This document shows, piece by piece, positions 38,460 to 46,895 of a stretch of 64,000 nucleotides of DNA. The first letter of the stretch is position 1. Each line of letters begins with the position of its first letter. A program made the position numbers and the translations under genes. The DNA lies in IMG/VR virus record IMGVR_UViG_3300026521_000003, positions 186,001-250,000 of that record; one strand, written 5' to 3'. The notes under the pieces were generated by a model, which saw nothing but the letters and a program-made list of their open reading frames with translations, ran no database searches and had not been told where the DNA came from.

Positions 38460-38993
38460 ATGGGATTTAGAACATATATAGGTAAAATATCAAAAGAGGA
38501 ATTTAATAAGATAAAGGATAAATCATTTGAAGAAATGCCTATTTATAATGAAGATTTTGATGAAGATGAAATGCCAGGACCTTATGATTTAGTAGAAATG
38601 GTTTACGAGTTAGGAAAATATGTTAATATTGAAAAAGAAACGTACTGTCTGTTTTCAGATGATCATCTAAATGACTATTATAATCAAGACTATACTTTTA
38701 TAGGATTGACTCAAGAAGGGTTTAGATTAATAATTAATGATTATGTGGAAAATACACATAAGTATTATCAGGGTCTTTTTGATTCTATAGGTATTATTGG
38801 TGTCGATGACCAAAAAATAAAACAGCACTTTGCTTCAATGGTTATGGAGTGGAAAAATAATCCAGTAAATTTAAATTTAGATGTGGATTATATAACCGAT
38901 TCATGGAAATATGAATATGCTATTTTTGAGTTAGTTAGGTTATTTAAAGTGTTTGATTGGGATAATGATATAGCTGTTATATATGGATATTAA
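38460..38993 (+). CDS. Hypothetical protein
   Basis: AAGGA SD. Confidence 0.7.
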   Translation: MGFRTYIGKISKEEFNKIKDKSFEEMPIYNEDFDEDEMPGPYDLVEMVYELGKYVNIEKETYCLFSDDHLNDYYNQDYTFIGLTQEGFRLIINDYVENTHKYYQGLFDSIGIIGVDDQKIKQHFASMVMEWKNNPVNLNLDVDYITDSWKYEYAIFELVRLFKVFDWDNDIAVIYGY

Positions 38994-39002
38994 GGAAATA
39001 AT

Positions 39003-39473
39003 ATGGGAATAGAAATAGAACGAAAATTTTTAATTGATTTTAAAAAGATAGACTTGTATGATAAAAAAATAGAAATTAAGCAGGGATATATTCTGAATAG
39101 TCCTGAAAAGGTAGTACGTATTAGAGTTGCCGATAAAGATGCATTTTTAACAATTAAAGGTAAAAATGAAGGCGCTTCAAGACCAGAATTTGAGTACGAA
39201 ATACCATATGATAATGCTATCGAATTATTAAAATTTACTGATGATAGAATTATAGAAAAAACTAGATATATTTTGAAAATAAATAATGATATTTGGGAAA
39301 TTGATAAATTTCATGGCAAAAACGAAGGTCTTGTAGTCGCTGAGATAGAAATACCATCTGAGGATTATGATATAGAGTTGCCTGAATGGATACTTAAAGA
39401 AGTAACATCAGATACAAAATATTATAATAATAATCTTATAATTCATCCATATTCTACATGGGATAATGTATAA
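39003..39473 (+). CDS. CYTH-domain protein (triphosphate tunnel metalloenzyme)
   Basis: EIERKFL, QGY, VRIR, LTIKG, EFEYEI, EKTRY, WEID.F, AEIE and EVT.D..Y.N. Confidence 0.92.
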   Translation: MGIEIERKFLIDFKKIDLYDKKIEIKQGYILNSPEKVVRIRVADKDAFLTIKGKNEGASRPEFEYEIPYDNAIELLKFTDDRIIEKTRYILKINNDIWEIDKFHGKNEGLVVAEIEIPSEDYDIELPEWILKEVTSDTKYYNNNLIIHPYSTWDNV

Positions 39474-39494
39474 TGTTGATATATAGGAGAAATA

Positions 39495-39605
39495 ATGATT
39501 CTGGATGAGATTGTAAACATTGAAAAGATCGGTATTGAAAAAACTATTGATATTGAAGTGGATGGAGACCACCTATTTTATTGTAATGGTATTTTAACTC
39601 ATAAT
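39495..39605 (+). mobile_element. Split intein C-fragment, gp41-1-like (37 aa)
   Basis: MILDEIVNIEKIGIEKTIDIEVDGDHLFYCNGILTHN|S. Confidence 0.9.
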
Positions 39606-40100
39606 TCAGCAGCAGGTGATGTTGCTGATGTCTCAGAAGAAAATATCCAAGGGGGTATTTCTAAAATTCAAGCAGCCGATAATGTTATTGGTTTTATACC
39701 AAATGCACAATCAAGAGAAATGGGTATAATGCGAGCTAAATTCTTAAAAACAAGAGATAGTAGTGGTGTTGGTAGTACTGTTGATTTTAAAGTCGATTGG
39801 AGTACCTTAACATTTGAACCTTGGGATACAACTGGAGAGAATAATCCATCAGTTTTGAATTATGCAGCACAAGCGCAAAATGCAGCACAATCATTAAATG
39901 CAGATCAACCCTTGCAAAAAACTACAAAAGGTAAGAAAAAACCATCTGCTAGTGATTTAAAAGGTAATTCGGGTGCAGTAGTAAAATCGGATGATGAAGA
40001 TGATGATTCTAGCACATCGGGTAAAAAAACCAAAGGTATTATTAAGGGACTTGGTGGTAAAAAGAAAAAAGGACTTAACAGAGAAGTTAAGATGTTATAA
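39495..40100 (+). CDS. gp41-type replicative helicase C-terminal fragment preceded by a split-intein C-fragment
   Basis: 37-aa IntC ending THN, then S+1 and the helicase tail IQGGISKIQAADNVI...FLKTR.S.GVG. Own TATAAT (39469-39474) and AGGAG SD. Confidence 0.85.
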   Translation: MILDEIVNIEKIGIEKTIDIEVDGDHLFYCNGILTHNSAAGDVADVSEENIQGGISKIQAADNVIGFIPNAQSREMGIMRAKFLKTRDSSGVGSTVDFKVDWSTLTFEPWDTTGENNPSVLNYAAQAQNAAQSLNADQPLQKTTKGKKKPSASDLKGNSGAVVKSDDEDDDSSTSGKKTKGIIKGLGGKKKKGLNREVKML

Positions 40101-40102
40101 AA

Positions 40103-40480
40103 ATGCGAATAATATTCTATAATTATTTTGTACCTTACAGAAATTTACTTAAAAAAAATAATATTGAGCGATTTAATACTTTTAAAGAATTTCATAATAA
40201 TTGGATAAGGGATGAAGAATGTATTATAATACTCCCTGTGCAAGTATTTGATTTAGTTGGATTAGATATTCGATTCATATTACGAAATTATGGAAGAGAT
40301 GATTCTAAGAGATTTTTATTTATTGGTGATAGAAAACAAATTGAATTTGCATTAAGTCAGAATGATAAATTTTTACAAAATATTATAGATGAGGTACATT
40401 TACCAATATTATCTAATACTCTAGAAGTAACAATATTAGAAAAAATTAAATTATTGGAAAAAAAAGGTAAGAAGGTTTAA
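40103..40480 (+). CDS. Hypothetical protein
   Basis: ORF in the operon. Confidence 0.6.
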   Translation: MRIIFYNYFVPYRNLLKKNNIERFNTFKEFHNNWIRDEECIIILPVQVFDLVGLDIRFILRNYGRDDSKRFLFIGDRKQIEFALSQNDKFLQNIIDEVHLPILSNTLEVTILEKIKLLEKKGKKV

Positions 40481-40481
40481 G

Positions 40482-41645
40482 ATGTATGGTGCAAATACAA
40501 TAGTTAGAGTTTATATTGGGCCTAATGATAAATACACTTATGAACATTTGAGAAAATTTTATCATTTAGCCAAAAGACGTTGGAAAGTTGCTGATGTATG
40601 GGGAGCCGATGAAGTTATGGTTTTAGAAAATAATAGACGACATGCAAATAAATATCAGCGCTCTCTTTCTATTTTAGGTTGGATTACATCTAATAAAAAA
40701 TATTTAAAAATTGAGAAGTATTATCAGGGCTTAGTAGGTGATCCATACTATGAATATTTTGCTAAATTCTCTAAATATGTTTTGACTTGGTGGGGCTTAG
40801 GTTCTAGATTCGTAAAAAAATCATCAAAAAAAGATAGAAATATAAAATCGATACCTAATACACCAATGTTCGACCCATCAATTCATTTTGATAAGAATTC
40901 CATTATGGAAAAAATCTATATGCAGGGTATGAGTTATGATGATGCTATGAAAACCACCTTTAAAGGTAAAGCTCAACTTGCAGATATTATTAATGGTTTA
41001 ACAGATTATAATAAAAAAATTGGTATGTCTGATGAAGAAGCTTATGCTGATGCATTAAGAGTTTCGGAGATTGTGAGTAGAAACTTGGCATTAGATAAAA
41101 ATGCTCCTATGGATAATCAGTATTCGTTTTTAATAAATTATTATAATAAATTCATTGATACAACTAGACGAATTATGATGCCCTTAGATATGAATTTATT
41201 TTTTATTAAAGAAGCTCTAAAATACAATCCTAATCTTTCATTATATGTTTTAAGTCCTGACAATAATATGCATAGAATCCAGGGTATTGTTGGGGAACGT
41301 TGTGAAAATATAATGATTGCTATTTCAGCTTTTAAAGATACAAAAAAATATGATTATGAGTTTGTTTATTCGTATGGGTCTCACACCTTATTTAATCATG
41401 CTGAAAATGGTTTTATTAAAGCTAAAGATTTAAAAAAGCTCACTACAAAAACCAATAATCTTATGTATGGTTCCAAAAAATGTAAGATTGAACATAGATA
41501 TGATTCAGAATATATGTTTGACCTTATTTTAGAAGGAACACCCGCGGGAAATTATTTTCCTTGGGTCGATGCATTTCATAATGTTCAGTTATCCCCAGAT
41601 TATTCAAAAATAATAAATCTTGAAGGGAAAGATATTATAGTATAA
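40482..41645 (+). CDS. Hypothetical protein (387 aa)
   Basis: Long ORF with AAGG SD; no recognised motif. Confidence 0.7.
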   Translation: MYGANTIVRVYIGPNDKYTYEHLRKFYHLAKRRWKVADVWGADEVMVLENNRRHANKYQRSLSILGWITSNKKYLKIEKYYQGLVGDPYYEYFAKFSKYVLTWWGLGSRFVKKSSKKDRNIKSIPNTPMFDPSIHFDKNSIMEKIYMQGMSYDDAMKTTFKGKAQLADIINGLTDYNKKIGMSDEEAYADALRVSEIVSRNLALDKNAPMDNQYSFLINYYNKFIDTTRRIMMPLDMNLFFIKEALKYNPNLSLYVLSPDNNMHRIQGIVGERCENIMIAISAFKDTKKYDYEFVYSYGSHTLFNHAENGFIKAKDLKKLTTKTNNLMYGSKKCKIEHRYDSEYMFDLILEGTPAGNYFPWVDAFHNVQLSPDYSKIINLEGKDIIV

Positions 41646-41667
41646 ATAAAGGAAAAAAGGATTCTGT

Positions 41668-42069
41668 ATGTTACTTAAAAATTTAAAAACCCTTATTGAA
41701 GTTGATGAAAATGTAGATACTAAACAACCGGAAAATAATAATGTTCCTGTTAAAACAGATAAACAACGAAAATTGGATAAAGAAACTACTGATGGTATTG
41801 CTAATGAAGAACAAAATACAGCAATTAAAGTAGCAGAATTTTTAGAACCTATTCTTTCTCAATCATATGGTGCAAAAGATATTAAAGCTGAAAAATCTAT
41901 GGTTATTATTAAAGGTGTAAAAGATAAAGCGACAAACTCAGATTTTATCAATTCTGTTCAACAAGCTACTATTGCAGCTATTGGTATGGATGGTAATAAA
42001 AAATTCGATATAACTGGTCCATTTCCATTTGGTGATGGAGTAGCTATGACTTTCACTAAAAAAGGTTAA
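41668..42069 (+). CDS. Hypothetical late protein
   Basis: TATAAATA at 41641-41648; N-terminus MLLKNLKTLIE. Confidence 0.65.
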   Translation: MLLKNLKTLIEVDENVDTKQPENNNVPVKTDKQRKLDKETTDGIANEEQNTAIKVAEFLEPILSQSYGAKDIKAEKSMVIIKGVKDKATNSDFINSVQQATIAAIGMDGNKKFDITGPFPFGDGVAMTFTKKG

Positions 42070-42116
42070 TTTAAGTTATTAAAATGTATAATTCACTCTA
42101 AATATGGAGTTTAATT

Positions 42117-42668
42117 ATGCAGCGTTTATCATCAGAACACAGATCTTTATTACAAACTAATCCACTATTTTCAAAAATGATTTTTGAATTTCATGATGGG
42201 TGGTTTGAATTAATTTACGACTTGGGTATGAAAATCCTAGGTTATTGTAATGCTAAAAAAATTGAACTTCCTCAAATCCGCCAAATTAAAGAAAAATTTG
42301 GAACTCTCCGTTTTTATTATATTGATAAAACCAATGATGCACAGATTAGAGAGTGGGTTAGAGATGCTGAATCTCGATCAGAATTTATATGTGAAGAATG
42401 TGGTGAACGTGGCGAATTGAGAGTTGATAACGGCAGATGGGGAGTAGTTTGTAGTATTCATAGTTCCCCTACTTCATTATCTCTATCAGAATATCAAGAA
42501 ATGAGAACAAAAGCAGAGCATGAAGCAAGAAAATGTTCTAAATGTGGTATTGGTGGAGCAGAGATTTACTGGGATGGAGCTCAAACTATAAATTTATGTA
42601 ATCAGCATAAAGAAAATTATTCTTTATTATCTCAATATTTATCAGAACAAAAGGTTGCGGATCTATGA
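42117..42668 (+). CDS. Conserved phage hypothetical protein with Zn-binding motifs
   Basis: GWF.LI...QIKEKFGTLRFY...CEECG...CSKCG. Confidence 0.7.
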   Translation: MQRLSSEHRSLLQTNPLFSKMIFEFHDGWFELIYDLGMKILGYCNAKKIELPQIRQIKEKFGTLRFYYIDKTNDAQIREWVRDAESRSEFICEECGERGELRVDNGRWGVVCSIHSSPTSLSLSEYQEMRTKAEHEARKCSKCGIGGAEIYWDGAQTINLCNQHKENYSLLSQYLSEQKVADL

Positions 42669-42988
42669 CTGAGGCAGAAAGAAAGTTTTTATATAGTTTT
42701 AGTAATAGCATACGGGAAGCTATGTTGGAAGAACATTATATGTTGCATTTTGATGAAGAGAAAGAAGAATTTATATTTGTTTTAAGAACTGCAACAAATT
42801 GTAATACTCGGCATGCACTAACAAAAAAAGAAGTTTTAAGATGGTATTACTCGGAATTAAATAATGATGATTCTAACCTACTTAGGAATTTTTCAAATTA
42901 TTATGATTTAGAATATGATTATTTTTTATTTAAACTTAAAGAAATTATAAAAAAATATTTAAGAATATATCCGGAATATTTTGTTTAG
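42665..42988 (+). CDS. Hypothetical protein, C-terminal PE-tag family
   Basis: Ends RIYPEYFV*. Confidence 0.7.
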   Translation: MTEAERKFLYSFSNSIREAMLEEHYMLHFDEEKEEFIFVLRTATNCNTRHALTKKEVLRWYYSELNNDDSNLLRNFSNYYDLEYDYFLFKLKEIIKKYLRIYPEYFV

Positions 42989-42994
42989 GAGTAA

Positions 42995-43333
42995 ATGGTG
43001 GAAGAACGGGTTACAGGAACTTTTAAAAATATGGAACAAACATATGGTTCGATTGTTACGGAACGAACTATCAATAATGAAGTCTTATGGTCTGATACTG
43101 ATTCCATGAGAGAGTTAAGAGATCGATTAGCTACGATTCATAGTAACCAAATTGATCTTAATTTACTTGAAGAATTAAAAAGAGTATTGGCAGAACCAAT
43201 TCAAAAAACAAAAGAAGAGAGAGTTATTGATATTGTTTGTGGTGGTTTTGAAAAACATTTTAATATGTCATTAGACGAATTCAATGATATTTATAAAAAA
43301 ATTTTAGAAAATAATCCAGAAAAATTGATATGA
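42995..43333 (+). CDS. PE-tag protein carrying a PolB motif-C-like peptide
   Basis: Contains VLWSDTDS; ends ENNPEKLI*. Confidence 0.7.
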   Translation: MVEERVTGTFKNMEQTYGSIVTERTINNEVLWSDTDSMRELRDRLATIHSNQIDLNLLEELKRVLAEPIQKTKEERVIDIVCGGFEKHFNMSLDEFNDIYKKILENNPEKLI

Positions 43334-43479
43334 ATAGTTTAATAATACCCTTTGCTTTAATATATTTTATTTTTATAGTTTTAATTTATATTTCTGTTTT
43401 ATTGAGTATTTTCGTAATTAACAGTTTGACTTATCTAATTTATTACTTTAAGGCACTATTAAGAAAATTAAAACTATAA
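43330..43479 (+). CDS. Small membrane peptide (49 aa, not in the ORF track)
   Basis: ATGA overlap; MNSLIIPFALIYFIFIVLIYISVLLSIFVINSLTYLIYYFKALLRKLKL*. Confidence 0.45.
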   Translation: MNSLIIPFALIYFIFIVLIYISVLLSIFVINSLTYLIYYFKALLRKLKL

Positions 43480-43498
43480 TATAATAAAAAGGTTTTTT

Positions 43499-43912
43499 AT
43501 GGCTAAATTTAAACGATTTATGTATTCACCATTTATTTTATTTTCTGTATCAATCAGTTTATTCATTATAGGATATTTGACTCATCAAATCAATGCTGTA
43601 ATTCTGTATATGTTAGAATTTACAGTTATTTTTGAACTTGTACGAGGATTTACACATTATTTAAAAGATGGTCAGCTTAAAGTTCGATATGGTATTGATG
43701 CAGCTATTTTTTATTCTATGAAAGAATTATATATAGGATTTGTTGAATTCAAAATTGATAGTGACCCTACACTTATTATGGTAAGTTTAGTCGTCTTTGT
43801 TGTTTTAATATTCGGACGATTTATTAATTCAAAAATGATAGAAGAGAAACGTAAATATTGTAAGTATAATGATGGTACTGGTAATTGTTCTAAAGATACG
43901 TTTAAGGTATAA
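43499..43912 (+). CDS. PsiE-like membrane protein
   Basis: Four hydrophobic segments; LEF..IFELVR...Y....LKVRY.IDAAIF. Confidence 0.5.
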   Translation: MAKFKRFMYSPFILFSVSISLFIIGYLTHQINAVILYMLEFTVIFELVRGFTHYLKDGQLKVRYGIDAAIFYSMKELYIGFVEFKIDSDPTLIMVSLVVFVVLIFGRFINSKMIEEKRKYCKYNDGTGNCSKDTFKV

Positions 43913-43914
43913 TT

Positions 43915-44508
43915 ATGATTAGAGTTGATATTCAAATGGATAAAGAAGATGCCATCAGAGCTATGCTTGATGGCTATCATATAATTGAATCTACATTACA
44001 AAGTAAAAGCGAATATAATGGTGAATATTGTACTTATATAAAAGGTACTTTTAAGCGTATTTCACCAAAAGGTATATCATTATTAAATCCGAATGATATG
44101 GTTAAAAAATATTGGACAATAGCTAAACCGGTCAAAACAATGTTTCCCAGAAAAATATATAAGACCAATTTAACTACTGGAGAAATTTTAGAATTAAATT
44201 TTGTTGATGTCTATGATAATAGATTAAATGATAAAACTATTGAGAGTATTCTAATTTATAAAACATCTAATAATATTAATCCCGAGATTACTATTTGTGC
44301 AACAGTAGGAGATTATTTTCAAAATGGAAATAGATTAGTACATTTTAAAACTAAAGGTATTTATTATACTAGGACTAATGCTGTTTTTGAACTAAAATGT
44401 CATATTGATGATATTTTAAGATTGAAGAAACTTAATAAAAAGGTTCCAAAAGCCAAACTATTATTAGTTGAGAATCTTCTAGAACATTCACCAGAATTGT
44501 TTATTTAA
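43915..44508 (+). CDS. Hypothetical protein, C-terminal PE-tag family
   Basis: Ends EHSPELFI*. Confidence 0.7.
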   Translation: MIRVDIQMDKEDAIRAMLDGYHIIESTLQSKSEYNGEYCTYIKGTFKRISPKGISLLNPNDMVKKYWTIAKPVKTMFPRKIYKTNLTTGEILELNFVDVYDNRLNDKTIESILIYKTSNNINPEITICATVGDYFQNGNRLVHFKTKGIYYTRTNAVFELKCHIDDILRLKKLNKKVPKAKLLLVENLLEHSPELFI

Positions 44509-44538
44509 AAATGTATAATTTAAATAAAAAGGGCTTTT

Positions 44539-44826
44539 ATGTATAATATATATGATATAGAAATGGAATTAAATAACCAAACATTATATTCCGTTCCTCA
44601 ATTAGATGGTTCTAAAGTTGAGGCAATTATTAGGATTCTTACTGAAGAGATACGAAATCTTCAGACGTTAAATTCGACTGTCGAAACATTACAAATGGAA
44701 TTAAATGCTCTAAAATTTGAACACAAAGAATTAACAAATATTGTAGAAAATATTGGATATGATTACCCTGAAATAATTTTAAAATATCCCCAATTTTTCA
44801 CACAAAAGGAAAGTATATGCGAATAG
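44539..44826 (+). CDS. Coiled-coil protein with a sub-terminal PE motif
   Basis: YDYPEIILKYPQFF near the end. Confidence 0.65.
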   Translation: MYNIYDIEMELNNQTLYSVPQLDGSKVEAIIRILTEEIRNLQTLNSTVETLQMELNALKFEHKELTNIVENIGYDYPEIILKYPQFFTQKESICE

Positions 44827-45041
44827 AAAGTAAGATACCATTAGTTGTACAAGGCATACAATGTGATAATCCCCAATGCACTTTTAAGGAGGAAAATATT
44901 CCATTTGAAGATTATGCAGAGTGGCTAGAACGTCCATGTCCAGAATGTGGTGAAATTTTATTAACAGAAGAAGATTTTAATACTCTTAAACTTCTAATGT
45001 CGATTTCTGCAATAGCAAATAATATCGATAAAAAAGAATAA
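44817..45041 (+). CDS. Small Zn-ribbon protein
   Basis: CDNPQC...CPECGEILLT. Confidence 0.65.
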   Translation: MRIESKIPLVVQGIQCDNPQCTFKEENIPFEDYAEWLERPCPECGEILLTEEDFNTLKLLMSISAIANNIDKKE

Positions 45042-45047
45042 TATGCT

Positions 45048-45500
45048 ATGAAAATTTATACTTCGTATTATGCTAATATTAGACATATACCCGATGATTA
45101 TTTTATAGTCGCTACAAGTGGAGCAATTTCTGATGAAATAGCCTCGGTAGTTGATAGTTGGGACAGAAAGTTAGCACCATCAAAAGACATCTATTTTGAA
45201 TATAAAGATAATCCTGATTGGGAAAAATATACCAGAAGATTCAAAGAAGAAAGACTTAAAAAAATCGATTGGTTAGAGTTGTTAGAAAAATGGGAAGAAA
45301 TAGCAAATCAGAAGAATAAACCGTTAGAAAATATTGTATTGTGTTGTTATGAAAAACCGACCGAATTTTGCCATAGACACATTTTGAGCGAAGATCTCGA
45401 GAAATTATTTAAAACGGAGGTTAAAGAATTTGGATTGGATCGTCATGAGAGAGTAGACTATAAAATGCAACCAATGGCATCCACAGATTTTTTATTTTAA
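45048..45500 (+). CDS. DUF488-like protein
   Basis: IYTSYYA, LAPS, Y..RF and LCCYEKP.EFCHRHIL; ends ASTDFLF*. Confidence 0.75.
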   Translation: MKIYTSYYANIRHIPDDYFIVATSGAISDEIASVVDSWDRKLAPSKDIYFEYKDNPDWEKYTRRFKEERLKKIDWLELLEKWEEIANQKNKPLENIVLCCYEKPTEFCHRHILSEDLEKLFKTEVKEFGLDRHERVDYKMQPMASTDFLF

Positions 45501-45501
45501 T

Positions 45502-45741
45502 ATGAGTATTTTAGAAAAATCATTAGAAGAATTTATTTTTCCTTTTAGTAAATTGCGATTTGAGTTATTAACTTCACCATCAAAAAATAATATAATTCAA
45601 GCAGTAGAAACGGTTAAAAGATATTTTTATTCTAATGATTATCCACACGACAAAGATTTATATTTGGATGATTTAATTGCAATAAAAAATTATATTGAAA
45701 TTAATTATCCTATTAGTAAATTTCCAGAGTATTACATATGA
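45502..45741 (+). CDS. Hypothetical protein, C-terminal PE-tag family
   Basis: Ends SKFPEYYI*. Confidence 0.7.
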   Translation: MSILEKSLEEFIFPFSKLRFELLTSPSKNNIIQAVETVKRYFYSNDYPHDKDLYLDDLIAIKNYIEINYPISKFPEYYI

Positions 45742-46106
45742 AATATTTATGGGTGCAAAAAGGTGGTGGTGATTTTAAAATAGGTAAAGATATAACTGAA
45801 TGCAATCTGAAATTTAATCCTATAAAAATTAATGTGTCGATTGATGAAGATTTTCATAGTAATATAGAATTGCTAAAGTATTTACCTGCAGGTACTGATA
45901 CGGGATCAGGTAACTTTATTATAATGTATGTTGATACTATTGAAAAAGTACGAGTAAAATGGTATAAGTTAATTATATCTCATTATAATCATTTATTATG
46001 TTTAGGAGATTTGATTAATTTATCATCTGACTGGAGTAGTAAGATAAAAGCTATAGAAGAAGAAATAATAAATCATAGAAAGGGGTATCCAGAATTATGG
46101 GTATAA
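45738..46106 (+). CDS. Hypothetical protein, C-terminal PE-tag family
   Basis: Ends KGYPELWV*. Confidence 0.7.
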   Translation: MKYLWVQKGGGDFKIGKDITECNLKFNPIKINVSIDEDFHSNIELLKYLPAGTDTGSGNFIIMYVDTIEKVRVKWYKLIISHYNHLLCLGDLINLSSDWSSKIKAIEEEIINHRKGYPELWV

Positions 46107-46342
46107 TATATGATAGATGTAACCTTTTAGCCATGATCGATAGGGTTAAAAATAAAAAATCTATAAGTGAAATAGTTGATAGATATGGTTTTTTTAATGT
46201 ACGCAAAGAGCTATTACTTATGGATGAACTCCGAAAACTACCTAGTTTTAAGGAAGATAGAACATCAAAGCGTAGAAAAGCCCGTCTTAGTGAACTTACA
46301 TCTTATTTTTCTAAAGAGGAGTATCCAGAATTATGGGTCTAA
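46097..46342 (+). CDS. Hypothetical protein, C-terminal PE-tag family
   Basis: Ends EEYPELWV*. Confidence 0.7.
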   Translation: MGIIYDRCNLLAMIDRVKNKKSISEIVDRYGFFNVRKELLLMDELRKLPSFKEDRTSKRRKARLSELTSYFSKEEYPELWV

Positions 46343-46584
46343 ATGATGATTTAGCGAAAGAATTTAAGAATATTAGTTTTATAAATCAACTATGTATGGA
46401 ATGTATATCACCTAAAAGTATTATCGATGAATTTGAGTTGATGTTTGTTCTTCAATTTGTACGTCGTACTCTAGAATATAAAAATTTTCAATTAAGTGAT
46501 AATCTTATAAAAAATTCAGAAATTGTTTATACTTATATAGTTCATTTATATCCTGTTGACCAATATCCAGAATTATGGATTTGA
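46333..46584 (+). CDS. Hypothetical protein, C-terminal PE-tag family
   Basis: Ends DQYPELWI*. Confidence 0.7.
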   Translation: MGLNDDLAKEFKNISFINQLCMECISPKSIIDEFELMFVLQFVRRTLEYKNFQLSDNLIKNSEIVYTYIVHLYPVDQYPELWI

Positions 46585-46618
46585 TATAAATAATTATAAC
46601 CCAACTAAGGTGATAATT

Positions 46619-46858
46619 ATGGAAGAATTTTACGCTAGAATATCTCAGATTCATAGTACTTTCCAACCTGATTTAAATTCTATTGCTAAGAGAGAATTAT
46701 TTTTATCAACTATTCAATGTTGCTTAATTACAAAATTTCCACTAATAGCTCATTATGATGGATTGACTATAAATTATTATGGTGATGATATTGAAATTTT
46801 AATCGATGAAGAATTAGAACAAGAGTTAAAGACTAAATACCCAGAATCATTTAAATAA
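46619..46858 (+). CDS. Hypothetical protein, C-terminal PE-tag family
   Basis: ATG 46619 after AAGGTG; ends TKYPESFK*. Confidence 0.65.
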   Translation: MEEFYARISQIHSTFQPDLNSIAKRELFLSTIQCCLITKFPLIAHYDGLTINYYGDDIEILIDEELEQELKTKYPESFK

Positions 46859-46895
46859 TGTATAATTTTATATAAACTACTCATAAAGGTTATAT

